Positions 32,241 to 43,260 of a DNA stretch of 64,000 bases are shown here, one piece after another; within the stretch, counting starts at the first letter, position 1; every line of letters begins with the position of its first letter. The notes beneath the pieces were generated by a model. The model worked only from the letters and a program-made list of their open reading frames with translations, did no database searches and was not told where the DNA came from. The translations under genes were made by a program, and so were the position numbers. This stretch comes from Candidatus Moraniibacteriota bacterium (GTDB lineage: Bacteria > Patescibacteriota > Minisyncoccia > Moranbacterales > GCA-2747515): NCBI GenBank assembly GCA_016699795.1, contig CP065011.1, positions 354,474 through 418,473 on the forward strand, written 5' to 3'.

Positions 32241-34130
32241 ATGTCATCGAAAGCACCATTTTTTATTGCTATCTTTTCATTGATATTTCTTTTTGTTGCA
32301 TCACTTTCCGTATCTTGGAAAGAGTCCACAACTATGGATGAGCAGGCTCATATTCCAGCATCTTATTCGTATGTGAAATATCTTGATATGCGCCTCAATC
32401 CAGAGCATCCCCCTCTTATAAAAATTTTTGCTGGTATTCCCCTTCTTTTTCTTGATGTTACCTTTCCTCTACATTCCGCCGACTGGGAAACTGGTCTTAA
32501 TGCTCAATGGACTATTGGCAAAGCTTTTCTTCATGGAAATAATGCTCATCTTATAACTTTCCTTTCCAGAATTCCTATACTTCTCATTGCAATTTTATTA
32601 GGAATATTTCTTTTTTTCTGGACAAAAAAACTTTTTGGCCTTTGGGCAGGTGCTGGCGTTGTCGTTCTTTATTCTTTCAATCCTACTATTTTAGCGCATT
32701 CTCATTATGTAACTACAGACATCGCCATAGCAACCGCAATTTTCATCTCTTTTTATTTTTTCATTCAATTTCTTCGTAAACCAAATGCAAAAAATATTTT
32801 CTTCTTTGGAATCATTTTTGGAATAACTCAGCTTGTAAAATTTTCGGCTTTTATTCTTTATCCTTTCTTCACCTTTATCACTATCCTTTATGTAATCTCT
32901 CTTTGTAATACTTCCAAAACAATTCTTCTTTTCTTTCAAGATTTGAAAAAAAATATCATCTATTATGGAACAAGAATCTTCATAGTATTTTTAATTTCTC
33001 TTCTTCCTATAGGACTTATCTATGGAATATTTACCTGGAATATGCCCATAGAAAAAATTGTAGATCTTACCCACACGCAACTTCCCGACAATGGAATTCC
33101 TGGATTTTTCAAAATAATTATTTTCTTTCTCGCAGATATCCCCCTTCTTTCAATTTTTTGTGAATACCTCCTCGGACTTGCGATGGTCTTCGTTCGCGTT
33201 ACTGGGGGGAATACTCATTATTTTTTGGGAATTGTTTCCAATAGTGCCAATCCGGCATACTTTCCCGTTGTCTATTTATTAAAAGAAACTCTTCCTATTC
33301 TAGGACTTCTTCTTTTTGGTACCTTTTCACAACTTTTCATCGCAATAAAAAATAGATCTTCTTTTTCTCTTCATTCTTTTCTTTCTTATTTTCGATCAAA
33401 TATCGAAGTGATCTCTATGGGATTATTTGTTTCCTTTTATTCATATCTCAGTATAACGGGGAATCTTACTATTGGATTACGTCATCTTTTTCCCATACTT
33501 CCCTTTCTCTATATATTCGCCATAGCAACCCTCCTTTTTATACAAAAAACCTTTTTTGTTCAAAAACGAAAATCGAAATATTTTTTGATTTTTCTTACTC
33601 TTTTGTTTTCATGGGTTGTTCTTATACCCATCATTCATTATCCGAGCTATCTTTCTTATTACAATGAGCTTATTGGCGGACCAAAAAATGGATATCTCTA
33701 TGTAACAGATTCTAATTATGATTGGGGACAAGATCTTCGTAATCTTAAAATTTGGATCGATACCTATAATATTTGTTCTCAGATGAGCTGTGTTCAAAGT
33801 TCCTCTATGAATACTTGTCCCTCCAAATGTAAAGCTCTTACATCCTCCTTCCCAACACCCAAAAAGGAGATTGAACATCTCTATGTTGATTATTTTGGAG
33901 GATCTGATCCTAATTATTGGCTTAAAGAAAAAGCTATTCCTTGGCATGCTAACAACGCTCCCAAGCCAGGATGGTATGCCATCTCAACAATGTTTCTTAT
34001 CGAAAGTATGTACAAAATCAATCCCTCGGGAACCTTTGATTATAAATGGCTAAAAGACATCACTCCCGTAGGAAGAGCCGGTGATTCAATCTTTATCTAT
34101 TACATAGAAGAAAAAGATCTCAAAAAATAA
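32241..34130 (+). CDS. GT-C superfamily glycosyltransferase (second, paralogous ArnT/PMT-like)
   Basis: MDEQAHIPASY first-loop motif, many TM segments, and a large C-terminal soluble domain. Confidence 0.55.
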   Translation: MSSKAPFFIAIFSLIFLFVASLSVSWKESTTMDEQAHIPASYSYVKYLDMRLNPEHPPLIKIFAGIPLLFLDVTFPLHSADWETGLNAQWTIGKAFLHGNNAHLITFLSRIPILLIAILLGIFLFFWTKKLFGLWAGAGVVVLYSFNPTILAHSHYVTTDIAIATAIFISFYFFIQFLRKPNAKNIFFFGIIFGITQLVKFSAFILYPFFTFITILYVISLCNTSKTILLFFQDLKKNIIYYGTRIFIVFLISLLPIGLIYGIFTWNMPIEKIVDLTHTQLPDNGIPGFFKIIIFFLADIPLLSIFCEYLLGLAMVFVRVTGGNTHYFLGIVSNSANPAYFPVVYLLKETLPILGLLLFGTFSQLFIAIKNRSSFSLHSFLSYFRSNIEVISMGLFVSFYSYLSITGNLTIGLRHLFPILPFLYIFAIATLLFIQKTFFVQKRKSKYFLIFLTLLFSWVVLIPIIHYPSYLSYYNELIGGPKNGYLYVTDSNYDWGQDLRNLKIWIDTYNICSQMSCVQSSSMNTCPSKCKALTSSFPTPKKEIEHLYVDYFGGSDPNYWLKEKAIPWHANNAPKPGWYAISTMFLIESMYKINPSGTFDYKWLKDITPVGRAGDSIFIYYIEEKDLKK

Positions 34131-34148
34131 ATCTCTTAATAAAAAAGT

Positions 34149-35315
34149 TTATTGTTCTTTTTTTTCGGATTGATCTTCCTTTTTATCAGATTCTAAAAGT
34201 TCATTTTTTTCGTCTTCTTTTGTGGCATAATAAATTTTTTTAGGAACTCTTATATCTACCCAACGAATAGAATTCTGTTTTTCTTGAGGAAGTACTCGGA
34301 CAAGAAAGGTTCTTATCATAGTCACCGCTTCTTCTAAAGAAGTATCGGTTCGCATTTTGATATCCCATCCATCTTGCGTCCGGAGCGTCACTTCATCAGC
34401 AAATGGTGAAGGTATGCGTATAATTTCAGCTATTTCCATATAGAGATTTTCTCGGAATATTTTCGGTAATTCTGCGATAAAGCGAATGGTTTCTTGTTTT
34501 AAAACAATTTCCCCATCACTGGGAACATGTCCATTCATATTCACAATGAAAACTTTTTGAGTTTCTTTGTGTATTTCTTCAGCAAAATTCGTTTTCATTA
34601 AAACTTTTCCGAAATCATCAACGATAAAACATTCCGTATCGGTAAAAAGTAAATCTCCTATACTATCAAATTCATCAACATCTGATTTTTTATCTTCCTT
34701 ATTTTCTTCACAAGGTTCTTCATCTTCATCACAAACCATTTCCTTTTCTTTATTTTTATCATTTTCTTTGCTTAACTCTTCATTCTTTATTTCTTGTTCA
34801 TTAGTATTTTCTTTATTTTTTATTTTAAATTCCTCAAAATCTTGACTCAGTGGACACCAAACAACAAGAGAGTTTCTTTTTTCAATATGAATCGAAAGTG
34901 TATGAGGAAATTTCTTTTCTACATAAACAAATTGCAAAGGAGAAAAGTGTTCGGAAAAAATCTTTTCTATTTTATCCGTATCCGTAACAAAAAAAGTATT
35001 CCCTGGCACTATGCCATATATTCGATGATCAAAAAGAGTTTGTAGTATCTTTAGAACTTCAATTCGAGTCGTTTCCTCCTGAGTTTTTACCGTAATGTCT
35101 CGAATTACAAATTGTCCTGAAAAAAAGAATACATAAAAAATAAAGAAAATATAGAGAAAAAAAGAGAAAAAAAATAACATTCTAAAAATACTCTTTACAT
35201 CCCTTTTCTTTTTACGAAGAATAGTTTTCGGACGTGGACCTCGAAAACTTAGAAGTTTATTCTTCTTTATAACCGAATTTTTTACAAGGATATCTTTTTT
35301 TTTAAAAAGTTTCAT
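34149..35315 (-). CDS. FtsQ/DivIB-like cell division protein (POTRA plus C-terminal domain) with an acidic insert
   Basis: N-terminal TM, a POTRA-like VIRDITVKTQEETTRIEVL segment, and a C-terminal VDIRVPKKIYY typical of FtsQ. Tentative. Confidence 0.45.
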   Translation of the reverse strand: MKLFKKKDILVKNSVIKKNKLLSFRGPRPKTILRKKKRDVKSIFRMLFFFSFFLYIFFIFYVFFFSGQFVIRDITVKTQEETTRIEVLKILQTLFDHRIYGIVPGNTFFVTDTDKIEKIFSEHFSPLQFVYVEKKFPHTLSIHIEKRNSLVVWCPLSQDFEEFKIKNKENTNEQEIKNEELSKENDKNKEKEMVCDEDEEPCEENKEDKKSDVDEFDSIGDLLFTDTECFIVDDFGKVLMKTNFAEEIHKETQKVFIVNMNGHVPSDGEIVLKQETIRFIAELPKIFRENLYMEIAEIIRIPSPFADEVTLRTQDGWDIKMRTDTSLEEAVTMIRTFLVRVLPQEKQNSIRWVDIRVPKKIYYATKEDEKNELLESDKKEDQSEKKEQ

Positions 35316-35319
35316 GTCA

Positions 35320-36231
35320 TTATAAAGAAAGAAAAAGCGCGCTCACTATTCGTTTATCATTAACATTCGTTTGGCGTAACACGCCATAAGAATCCTCTAT
35401 TTTTTCAATTATATCATAACAATGCTTGGGCAAGACATTGCTCGATCGGCTCTTCTTACGCTCAAACTCAATCCAATCTTCCAATAATTCTCTTAAACGT
35501 TCCGGTTTTGCAGAAACTTTTTCAGCAAAGGCTAATTTCTCAAAAACTGTTCTTCTTGAGAAACTTTCGAAAAATCGAAATAATATTTCTCTTTGCTTAA
35601 AAAAATGAGGATCTTCCATAAGAGATTTCAATCTTCCTGGTCTCCCAGCTGCCAATAAAATCATCTTTTGAAAATCTTGCTGTGGAATTTTTTCATGCTC
35701 AAAAGTCATCATTTCTTCATCACTTGCTAAAAAAAATGGAACAACTTCACAACGAGAAATTATTGTAGGTAAAAGCCTGCCTAAAGTATGTGTCAAAAGA
35801 AAAAAAATGACACCATCCTTTGGCTCTTCTAAAATTTTAAGTAATGCATTCTGAGAAGAAAGATTCATAGCATGTGCGTCTTCGATAATGCATATTTTTT
35901 TTCGTCTAGAATCTCCCATAGACAAAAGTCGTCGAGCTTTTCTAATCGCATCAATTTTAATTTCAGAATCAACCTTCGCTTCTTCTGCATCTCTAAGGGG
36001 AGTTATTCGAACGATGGAACTTTCTATTTCAAATCCATCGGTTTCATCTTTTTTCCACGAAGAAGTATTGGTGATAATTTTTTGCGAAAATCTTTGGGCA
36101 AATATTTTTTTTCCTATATGCCGAGGCCCTGAAAATATATATGCGTGAGAAAATGTAGCCTTCTCCAAAATCATTTCAATTTTTTTTTGTATAGGCACAT
36201 TTCCCACAAAAGGAAAATTTTCTTCTGTCAT
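35320..36231 (-). CDS. holB: DNA polymerase III delta-prime subunit
   Basis: HAYIFSGPRHIGK and LLKILEEP motifs of the clamp-loader delta-prime/gamma family. The start is probably the internal Met MTEENF. Confidence 0.7.
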   Translation of the reverse strand: MTEENFPFVGNVPIQKKIEMILEKATFSHAYIFSGPRHIGKKIFAQRFSQKIITNTSSWKKDETDGFEIESSIVRITPLRDAEEAKVDSEIKIDAIRKARRLLSMGDSRRKKICIIEDAHAMNLSSQNALLKILEEPKDGVIFFLLTHTLGRLLPTIISRCEVVPFFLASDEEMMTFEHEKIPQQDFQKMILLAAGRPGRLKSLMEDPHFFKQREILFRFFESFSRRTVFEKLAFAEKVSAKPERLRELLEDWIEFERKKSRSSNVLPKHCYDIIEKIEDSYGVLRQTNVNDKRIVSALFLSL

Positions 36232-36232
36232 A

Positions 36233-37390
36233 CTATTTTTCTTCTTGAGAAACAATTTGTAAAATCTTTTTTTCGAAAGACTGCTTAGAAAATCTCTGAG
36301 CTTTTTTTTGAATATTCGCACGTGAAAAAGTATTTTCTTTTTCAAGAAATCTCCTTATTCCATCAGCCAATCCGTCTACACTCTGATCATCACAAAGGAT
36401 GCCACAAGTATCATCTAAAAGAATCTCTGAGGCACTTGCTCCCGAAATAGCAATAATAGGAATCCCGTAAAGCATTGCCTCTACTGGAGCTATTCCAAAG
36501 TCATCTAGAGAAGGAAAAATAAAAGCTCGAGCTTTTTTATACCAAACTATCATTTCTTCTTTCGGAAGCCATCCTAAAAACTGAGTATATTTTTTTCCCA
36601 TTTTTTCAAGACGTTTCCGCTCTGGACCATCCCCGATAACTATCAGAGGCAATCCCAATTTTTCACAAACAGAAACAGCCAAATCAACTCTTTTCGATGC
36701 ATTAAGACGAGAAACAATAAGAAAATATTCACCACCTTCTTGAGAAAGAAAATAATCTTTTTTCTCTCCCGAAAACACTCCTGGATAAATAACTTCACTT
36801 TCTCTTCTATAATATTTCTCTATACGTTTTTTTGTATAAAAAGAATTAGAAAGAAGGATATCCGGCCTATCGGAGGCTTGTACATCCCAAAGGCGAAGAT
36901 AGGAAAGGAATAATCGCCGAAAAAGAGAAGGTCTCTTACGACGATCTCGCCAATATTGTTTATCATAGTCCCATACAAATCTCATAGGAGAATGTAAATA
37001 AGCAATATGCTTAGTATGCGTTCTTGTTACCAAACCCTTACTCCAAGCTCCGGAAGAAGAAATAACGATATCAAAATCACGAAGATCCATCGATTCTACA
37101 GCTGAAGGAAAAAAGGGGGCAAGAAATCGATATCTCTTTTTTATACATCTCGGGAATCTTCCCAAAAAACTTTGACGAATATCTCTATCAAAAAGATTAC
37201 TTCCAAATGATTCATCGATTTTTTCCAAACCACGAAGATCCACAAGAAGTGTATATATAGGAGCATCTGGAAACAATCTTGCTAAATCAACAAGAACTTT
37301 CTCCGCTCCTCCTGGATAAAGAAGAAAGTCGTGTACAAGAGCAATTCTCTTTTTTTCTATCATAATTCTCTTTATTAAATTCGGTAACAT
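36233..37390 (-). CDS. GT4 (group 1) glycosyltransferase
   Basis: C-terminal G-x-x-P-x-E-A-M...G-x-P-x-I motif (DFGIAPVEAMLYGIPIIA). Start ambiguous between several in-frame Mets. Confidence 0.7.
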   Translation of the reverse strand: MLPNLIKRIMIEKKRIALVHDFLLYPGGAEKVLVDLARLFPDAPIYTLLVDLRGLEKIDESFGSNLFDRDIRQSFLGRFPRCIKKRYRFLAPFFPSAVESMDLRDFDIVISSSGAWSKGLVTRTHTKHIAYLHSPMRFVWDYDKQYWRDRRKRPSLFRRLFLSYLRLWDVQASDRPDILLSNSFYTKKRIEKYYRRESEVIYPGVFSGEKKDYFLSQEGGEYFLIVSRLNASKRVDLAVSVCEKLGLPLIVIGDGPERKRLEKMGKKYTQFLGWLPKEEMIVWYKKARAFIFPSLDDFGIAPVEAMLYGIPIIAISGASASEILLDDTCGILCDDQSVDGLADGIRRFLEKENTFSRANIQKKAQRFSKQSFEKKILQIVSQEEK

Positions 37391-38496
37391 TCTTTCTTTA
37401 TTATAGATGATACCTCTTGAGCGCTTTTTTCCCAAGAAAATCTCCTCACATTTTCTTTTCCCAAAAGAATTCGTTCTTGAGTTTCTTTCGAATTATCAAG
37501 AACTTCCCCTATTTTCTCAGAGATATCATTACTATTCAAGAAATCAACAAAAAATGACTGCTCTCCAGCAATTTCCCGAAAAACAGGAAGATCTGAGACA
37601 ACAAGAGGAATTCCCATTTTTTGAGCCTCCATAATAGGCAATCCAAAACCCTCAGATAAAGAAACAAAAATAAGTATATCAGCATTTTTAAGAAGCCATA
37701 TCTTTTCTTGTTCATTTACATATCCCAACTCCAAAATATCCTTAGAAAAAGAACTTTTTCTTAATGTCTTTTTAATGTCTTTATATCCATAACCTGGACT
37801 CCCCGCCAAAATAAGTTTTTGTTTTATTTTTTTTCTTTTCTTTATGATTGAAAATGCTTCGATAATTCGAATAATATTCTTTCGATATTCTAATCGTCCT
37901 AAATATAAAAAAAATGTATCAACTTCTTTTAATTTTTTACTTATATCTTTTCCTGAAACAGAAACGTCCTTCTCTTGGAAAAATCCTGGACCTTCATAAA
38001 CAACAGTTATTTTATTTGGATCAATATGATAGAAAGAAATAATGTCTTTTTTTGTAGCTTCTGAAACAGCGATGATTCGTGATGCTCTCTCACACGATCT
38101 TCGAACAAAAAATCTCATAAAAGTACGAGCATACCAAGAATATCCTTTTGGAATTCTTTCATATTCTAAACCATGAATGGTTACTACCGTTTTTTTTGGA
38201 GAGATCCATGGAATTGTGTGTGAGGGAACAAAAAGAACCTCTACAGGAGAAAACAACATTTCCCATGACAATCCTATTTGTGTCCAAAAAAATCTCCATC
38301 GAATTTCTTTAATATGCCACGTTTTTGGAATTTTCTTCCAAGGAATTTTTGCATCTTTTCGCACATAAAGAGTAACCTGTTCTTCTTTCAAAAAAACAAA
38401 AAAATTTTCCAACAAAGCGCTCGTATATTTTTCAATCCCCGTTGGACAAGAAGAAAAGGCTCGTGAAATATCAATTCCTATTCGCTTTCTTTTCAT
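37375..38496 (-). CDS. GT4 (group 1) glycosyltransferase
   Basis: EGFGLPIMEAQKMGIPLVVSD motif. Confidence 0.7.
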   Translation of the reverse strand: MKRKRIGIDISRAFSSCPTGIEKYTSALLENFFVFLKEEQVTLYVRKDAKIPWKKIPKTWHIKEIRWRFFWTQIGLSWEMLFSPVEVLFVPSHTIPWISPKKTVVTIHGLEYERIPKGYSWYARTFMRFFVRRSCERASRIIAVSEATKKDIISFYHIDPNKITVVYEGPGFFQEKDVSVSGKDISKKLKEVDTFFLYLGRLEYRKNIIRIIEAFSIIKKRKKIKQKLILAGSPGYGYKDIKKTLRKSSFSKDILELGYVNEQEKIWLLKNADILIFVSLSEGFGLPIMEAQKMGIPLVVSDLPVFREIAGEQSFFVDFLNSNDISEKIGEVLDNSKETQERILLGKENVRRFSWEKSAQEVSSIIKKECYRI

Positions 38497-38511
38497 AAAG
38501 AAAATACTCTA

Positions 38512-39519
38512 TTATCTCGTCATCGAAAGCGTTCTCTTATAAACATCTAAATGTTCTAGAACCTTCCCTGTTCCCTTCACCACACAATACTGTGGGTCGT
38601 CTGCTACATAGCAAGGAACATTAATTGTTTTTGTTATAAGAGTTTCTAAATTCTTAAGTTTTGCACTTCCTCCAGAAAGAATAATACCTTTATCCATAAC
38701 ATCAGCTGCGAGTTCGGGTGGAGTTTCTTGAAGGACTTTTTTTATAGCATGAATAACTTCCCGAAGCTCATCCTGAAGCGCTTCTGTAACCTCATTAGAT
38801 CCTAAACGAATAGTTCTTGGTAATCCCCCCATCAAATCTCGCCCTCGAACTTCCATAAATTCCTCTTTTTCTTGTGCCATTGCTGAGCCAATAGTAATTT
38901 TTATTTCTTCAGCCGTACGTTCTCCCACAGCAAGTCCATGCTCTCGTTTTATAAAATCCGATATAGCTTGATCAAAACGATTTCCTCCCACTCGAGCACT
39001 ATTTACAGCTACGACACCCCCCAAAGAAATAACTGCAATTTCAGAGGTCCCTCCCCCAATATTAATAATCATACTTCCTTGAGCTTCATGAATAGGAATC
39101 CCAGCTCCAATAGCTGCAAGAATTGGTTCTTTTACAACATAAGCATGCTTAGCTCCAGCCTTTACAGCCGCATCAATAACCGCGCGACGTTCCGTGGAAG
39201 TAATTCCTGCAGGAATCGACAAAACAACATCTGGTCGAAATAATCGATACCGGCCACTTACCTTATTAATAAAATAACGAAGCATAGCTTCTGTCATTCT
39301 ATAATCAGCAATAACTCCATCCCGAAGAGGTCGTGATGCTACGATAGTATCAGGTGTGCGTCCGAGCATATCCTTTGCTTCATTACCTACCGCTAAAACA
39401 CGCTTTTCTAACAAAGAAACAGCAACAACAGAAGGTTCATTTGCGACAACGCCTTTACCTGGAACATAAACGAGTGTGTGTGCTGTTCCTAGATCAATAC
39501 CTATTCTTCGTATAAACAT
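38512..39519 (-). CDS. mreB: Rod shape-determining protein MreB
   Basis: IGIDLGTAHTLVYV ... actin-fold motifs throughout. Confidence 0.9.
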   Translation of the reverse strand: MFIRRIGIDLGTAHTLVYVPGKGVVANEPSVVAVSLLEKRVLAVGNEAKDMLGRTPDTIVASRPLRDGVIADYRMTEAMLRYFINKVSGRYRLFRPDVVLSIPAGITSTERRAVIDAAVKAGAKHAYVVKEPILAAIGAGIPIHEAQGSMIINIGGGTSEIAVISLGGVVAVNSARVGGNRFDQAISDFIKREHGLAVGERTAEEIKITIGSAMAQEKEEFMEVRGRDLMGGLPRTIRLGSNEVTEALQDELREVIHAIKKVLQETPPELAADVMDKGIILSGGSAKLKNLETLITKTINVPCYVADDPQYCVVKGTGKVLEHLDVYKRTLSMTR

Positions 39520-39553
39520 AGTAGTGCTTTACTCCTTGGTTTCAATCATTGAT

Positions 39554-40849
39554 TCATGACTCCCATTGACGTTCTATATTCGCTCCGATACCTCGAAGTC
39601 TTTCTTCTATTTGTTCATATCCGCGATCTACTTGATAGGCATCTCGAACAATTGTTTTACCCTTAGCAATAAGAGCTGCAATAATAAGAGCTGCTCCTGC
39701 ACGGAGATCGAATGAATTAATTGAGGTTCCTAATAATTGCGTTGGTCCTGTAAATACTGCCTGATGAGGATTTAAAATATGTGCGTTTGCACCCATCTTT
39801 TGTAATTCTCCTACATAGTTAAATCGTCCCTCAAAAAGAGTGTCATGAATCATAGTTGTTCCCTCAGCCTGCGTGGCCAAAACTCCGAATGGTGCTTGCA
39901 CATCCGTAGGTACTCCTGGGTAAATACGTGCATCAATCTTTGCTACAGATTTTAATTTTCTAGCAGGAATAACCCGTATAGAATTTTTTCTAATCTCAAA
40001 ACTAACTCCGAATTCTCTCATCTTTTCAAGAACCAAATCAAGATGTTCTTCTCGTGCATTCGTTACTACAATATCACTTTTAGTTGCCGCACCAAGGATA
40101 AGAAAAGTAGCTGCCTCATTTGCATCAGCAATAATTGTATGTTGAGCACCTTTTAAAGTCTTTTGTCCTTCGATTTCAAGTGTGTGTGTTCCTAATCCTT
40201 TTATTTTCGCACCCATTTTTTGCAAAAATCGCCCAAGATCTTCCACATGTGGCTCAGCCGCAGCAATTTTTATGCGTGTTTTTCCCTCTATACTCGCTGC
40301 CAACATCATTATGTTTTCTGTTGCTGTAGGGGAAAATTCTCGAAGCGTTATATTTTCAGCATGCTTTTTGGATGCATCTATAAAATAAATATTATCTTTT
40401 TGCCGAACATCCACACCCATCTTCAAGAGAGCATCAAAATGCGTTCCTACTGGACGAATCCCAATTTTACATCCCCCAGGGTGATATAATTTAAATGCAT
40501 CAAAACGGACCGACAAAGAGCCTAAAAGTAAAATAGAAAGACGAATTTTTTTGACCAAGGAAATATCAATTTTTTCTGGGTACAATTTTTTACAACACAC
40601 GGAAAGCGTATGCCTATCAATCCAAACCACGCGAGCCCCCATACTTTTCAAGATTTCCGATAACGCCACAACATCTTCAATGTGAGGAACGTTCTTCAAA
40701 ATACATTCTTCTTTCGTAAGAATTGTAGCTGCTAGTATAGGTGCGGTAGCATTTTTTGACCCCCGAACATCAATTGTTCCTGTGAGTTTTTTACCCCCCT
40801 CAATAACGAATTGCTGACGAATATCAGCTATTTCCAATTTCTTTTTCAT
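39554..40849 (-). CDS. murA: UDP-N-acetylglucosamine 1-carboxyvinyltransferase
   Basis: EPSP-synthase-fold MurA. IEGGKKLTGTIDVRGSKNA N-terminus from the internal Met. The catalytic region is conserved. Confidence 0.9.
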   Translation of the reverse strand: MKKKLEIADIRQQFVIEGGKKLTGTIDVRGSKNATAPILAATILTKEECILKNVPHIEDVVALSEILKSMGARVVWIDRHTLSVCCKKLYPEKIDISLVKKIRLSILLLGSLSVRFDAFKLYHPGGCKIGIRPVGTHFDALLKMGVDVRQKDNIYFIDASKKHAENITLREFSPTATENIMMLAASIEGKTRIKIAAAEPHVEDLGRFLQKMGAKIKGLGTHTLEIEGQKTLKGAQHTIIADANEAATFLILGAATKSDIVVTNAREEHLDLVLEKMREFGVSFEIRKNSIRVIPARKLKSVAKIDARIYPGVPTDVQAPFGVLATQAEGTTMIHDTLFEGRFNYVGELQKMGANAHILNPHQAVFTGPTQLLGTSINSFDLRAGAALIIAALIAKGKTIVRDAYQVDRGYEQIEERLRGIGANIERQWES

Positions 40850-41066
40850 ATTCAAAGTATAATCGAAAAAGCTACTAAAAAGCAAGATTACCCACAAAAA
40901 AGTTATACCTATTTTTTTTAAAAATAAGAATCTTTTTTAGTTTTTATTTTTTTATTTTAAAAGTATTAGAAAAACTGTATTCTTTCAAATTTAAAAATCA
41001 TCTCCCTCTATTACTCAAAAAATAAAAAAGGATCTTTCTTTTTTTCATTTTAATTACGTCAGAAAG

Positions 41067-41852
41067 TTAAACTAATGCTTTAAATATTCCTAATTTTTTT
41101 TGTCTTAAAATAAAAAATGAATGTTCTAAGGAAGATCCCCCTACTAAGAAAAGAGGGAAGAATACAAAACTTACTATAAAAATTAACAAAAAATTTTCAT
41201 ACTGAATTTGATGAAAAAAGCTATATTTCTGTTCATTTTGAATATTTTTTTCTTCTATAAGAAATGTATTCTCTGCATCAGAAATTTCTTTTCCAGTTTC
41301 ATGTATATTTTGTTCTTCTTTTTTATAAGAAGCTGAAACACCGGAAACAACTTCATTTCGACGAGTTCCAAATAATTGTACTGTAATAATCGTATTTACA
41401 CCTTCAAACAATCCTTCTCGAACAGCTATTCCTGTATCATGATACTGTTCATTTAAAATATTTTTTTTATGAAGAGGACTCTCCATCCATGCTTTGTGCT
41501 GCGAATCAGCATTTTTAAAATGTATCGCAAGGTTTTCCCCCGCATAACGATATTCGTATCCAGCACGTTCAATCCAATACCAAGGATCTTCTCCTGTGGG
41601 AGTATCATGTGAAAAATATTGCCTTTCAAACATATCCGTCGCCTTCATTTCGGCGGCTTTATTTAATTCTTCATCAAAGGAAAGAACTTGGGTATTATAA
41701 AAAATTCTACTTTCATTTACCGATTTCAATACATCTTCTGCTGTTATCAATATATTCTCATCTGCTTTTGCATCAAAAACAAATATCCCAAAGCTTATAA
41801 AGAAAGCTAGAGCGATATCTAGACACACAATAGAAAATATATTTGATTTCAT
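41067..41852 (-). CDS. CAP/SCP (YkwD-like) domain secreted protein with C-terminal membrane anchor
   Basis: LNxxR...YFSHDTPTG...GENLA...WMESPLHKKNIL pattern of the CAP superfamily. N-terminal signal and C-terminal TM. Confidence 0.6.
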   Translation of the reverse strand: MKSNIFSIVCLDIALAFFISFGIFVFDAKADENILITAEDVLKSVNESRIFYNTQVLSFDEELNKAAEMKATDMFERQYFSHDTPTGEDPWYWIERAGYEYRYAGENLAIHFKNADSQHKAWMESPLHKKNILNEQYHDTGIAVREGLFEGVNTIITVQLFGTRRNEVVSGVSASYKKEEQNIHETGKEISDAENTFLIEEKNIQNEQKYSFFHQIQYENFLLIFIVSFVFFPLFLVGGSSLEHSFFILRQKKLGIFKALV

Positions 41853-41932
41853 ATTTTTTAAAAAATAAAAAACGGGTTTTTCACCCGTTTTTCTTTCACT
41901 TGGAACAAGTATATCACAAAAATATCAAAATA

Positions 41933-43240
41933 TCAATAACCCAAAAGCATAAGCATTTCAATCTCTCTCATAACATGAGATGCTGTAGCGCGATACATAC
42001 CAACGCCTCCCAAAGAAATATCTCGATCGAAAATTTCTTGAAGTTGATCTGGAGTAATGGTATTTCCTATTCTCTCTCGTAATGCTTTAAGCATAATATT
42101 CGAAGTTTCTTCTGTAAATTGAAGTGTGAATCTTCCTGTAAGGTATTGTAAAAGGAATAGTGCATTTTCTTCTGTAGCCCCTTCTCTTATCTTCTTTGAA
42201 ACATTCATCATCCTTCTCATTCTTTCAGAAATAGAAATGGCTCGACGTTTATCCCATCCTGCACCTCCCGCGTCACAATCCCTATCGAGAGATTCTCGGA
42301 GAGTCTCTGTATTTTTCGCTCCCATGAGAAATTCTTGAATACTACTTTCTGCTAAAGAAAATTGCTCTTCGGAAATTTCTCGTAATACATAATTCAACCA
42401 TTGATTTGCTTTGTAAGGATTAAGAAGGTTAGCTGCATATTCTCTCGGCATATTCTTAAAGGTTCGAAGAAGTAATCGAAGTTCATTCGAAATTTCTTCT
42501 TCTTCTGGACGAACTTCTTGACTTTCAACTTTTTTCTGGTGTCGTTTTCCTTTTTGCACCTTTTCATCAATAATTTTTCCATCTCTCATAGAAAAAATTC
42601 TGTCCGCTTGTTCTAAGTGTGAAGGATCATGAGTTACCAAAACAACAGCTTTCTTATCAATTTCTTTAAGGTCTTGGAGTATCTCCATAACATTCTCTGC
42701 CGAGCGACTATCCAAGTTACCAACTGGCTCATCAGCAAGAATTAACACTGGATCATTAATGAGCGAACGTGCGATGGCAACTCGCTGCTTCTGTCCACCT
42801 GAAAGCTGATTAGGATATTTTTCCGCTTGTTCAGCAATTCCAAAACGTTCCAAAAGCTGCATACCTATTTTTCGACGATCTGCACGTTTCTCCCCTCGAA
42901 ATACTCTCGGCAAACACACATTATCCAAAACATGAAGTGAGGGAATAAGATAAAATGACTGAAAAATCATCCCTACTGTCATCTGACGAAATATCGCCTG
43001 CTCTTTAAAACCTGCTTCAGAAATAATTGAATCATATACCATTACATCTCCAGAAGTTGGTTTTTGAAGAGCTGACATGGCATAAAGAAGTGTAGATTTT
43101 CCACATCCTGAAGGTCCAAATATAATAGTAAATTCTTCGGGATACACATTAGCACTTACACCTTTAAGAGAATGAAACTCATTAGGCTTTCCCTGGTTAT
43201 AAATAACACTAAGATCTCGAACTTTAACAATAGGTTCCAT
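41933..43240 (-). CDS. ABC transporter ATP-binding protein (MacB/LolD-like) with an about 200-aa uncharacterised C-terminal extension
   Basis: Walker [10 protein letters not shown], signature [15 protein letters not shown] and Walker B ILADEP are present. Residues about 235-435 have no recognisable family. Confidence 0.8.
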   Translation of the reverse strand: MEPIVKVRDLSVIYNQGKPNEFHSLKGVSANVYPEEFTIIFGPSGCGKSTLLYAMSALQKPTSGDVMVYDSIISEAGFKEQAIFRQMTVGMIFQSFYLIPSLHVLDNVCLPRVFRGEKRADRRKIGMQLLERFGIAEQAEKYPNQLSGGQKQRVAIARSLINDPVLILADEPVGNLDSRSAENVMEILQDLKEIDKKAVVLVTHDPSHLEQADRIFSMRDGKIIDEKVQKGKRHQKKVESQEVRPEEEEISNELRLLLRTFKNMPREYAANLLNPYKANQWLNYVLREISEEQFSLAESSIQEFLMGAKNTETLRESLDRDCDAGGAGWDKRRAISISERMRRMMNVSKKIREGATEENALFLLQYLTGRFTLQFTEETSNIMLKALRERIGNTITPDQLQEIFDRDISLGGVGMYRATASHVMREIEMLMLLGY

Positions 43241-43260
43241 AACAAAAAATGATTTTCTTT

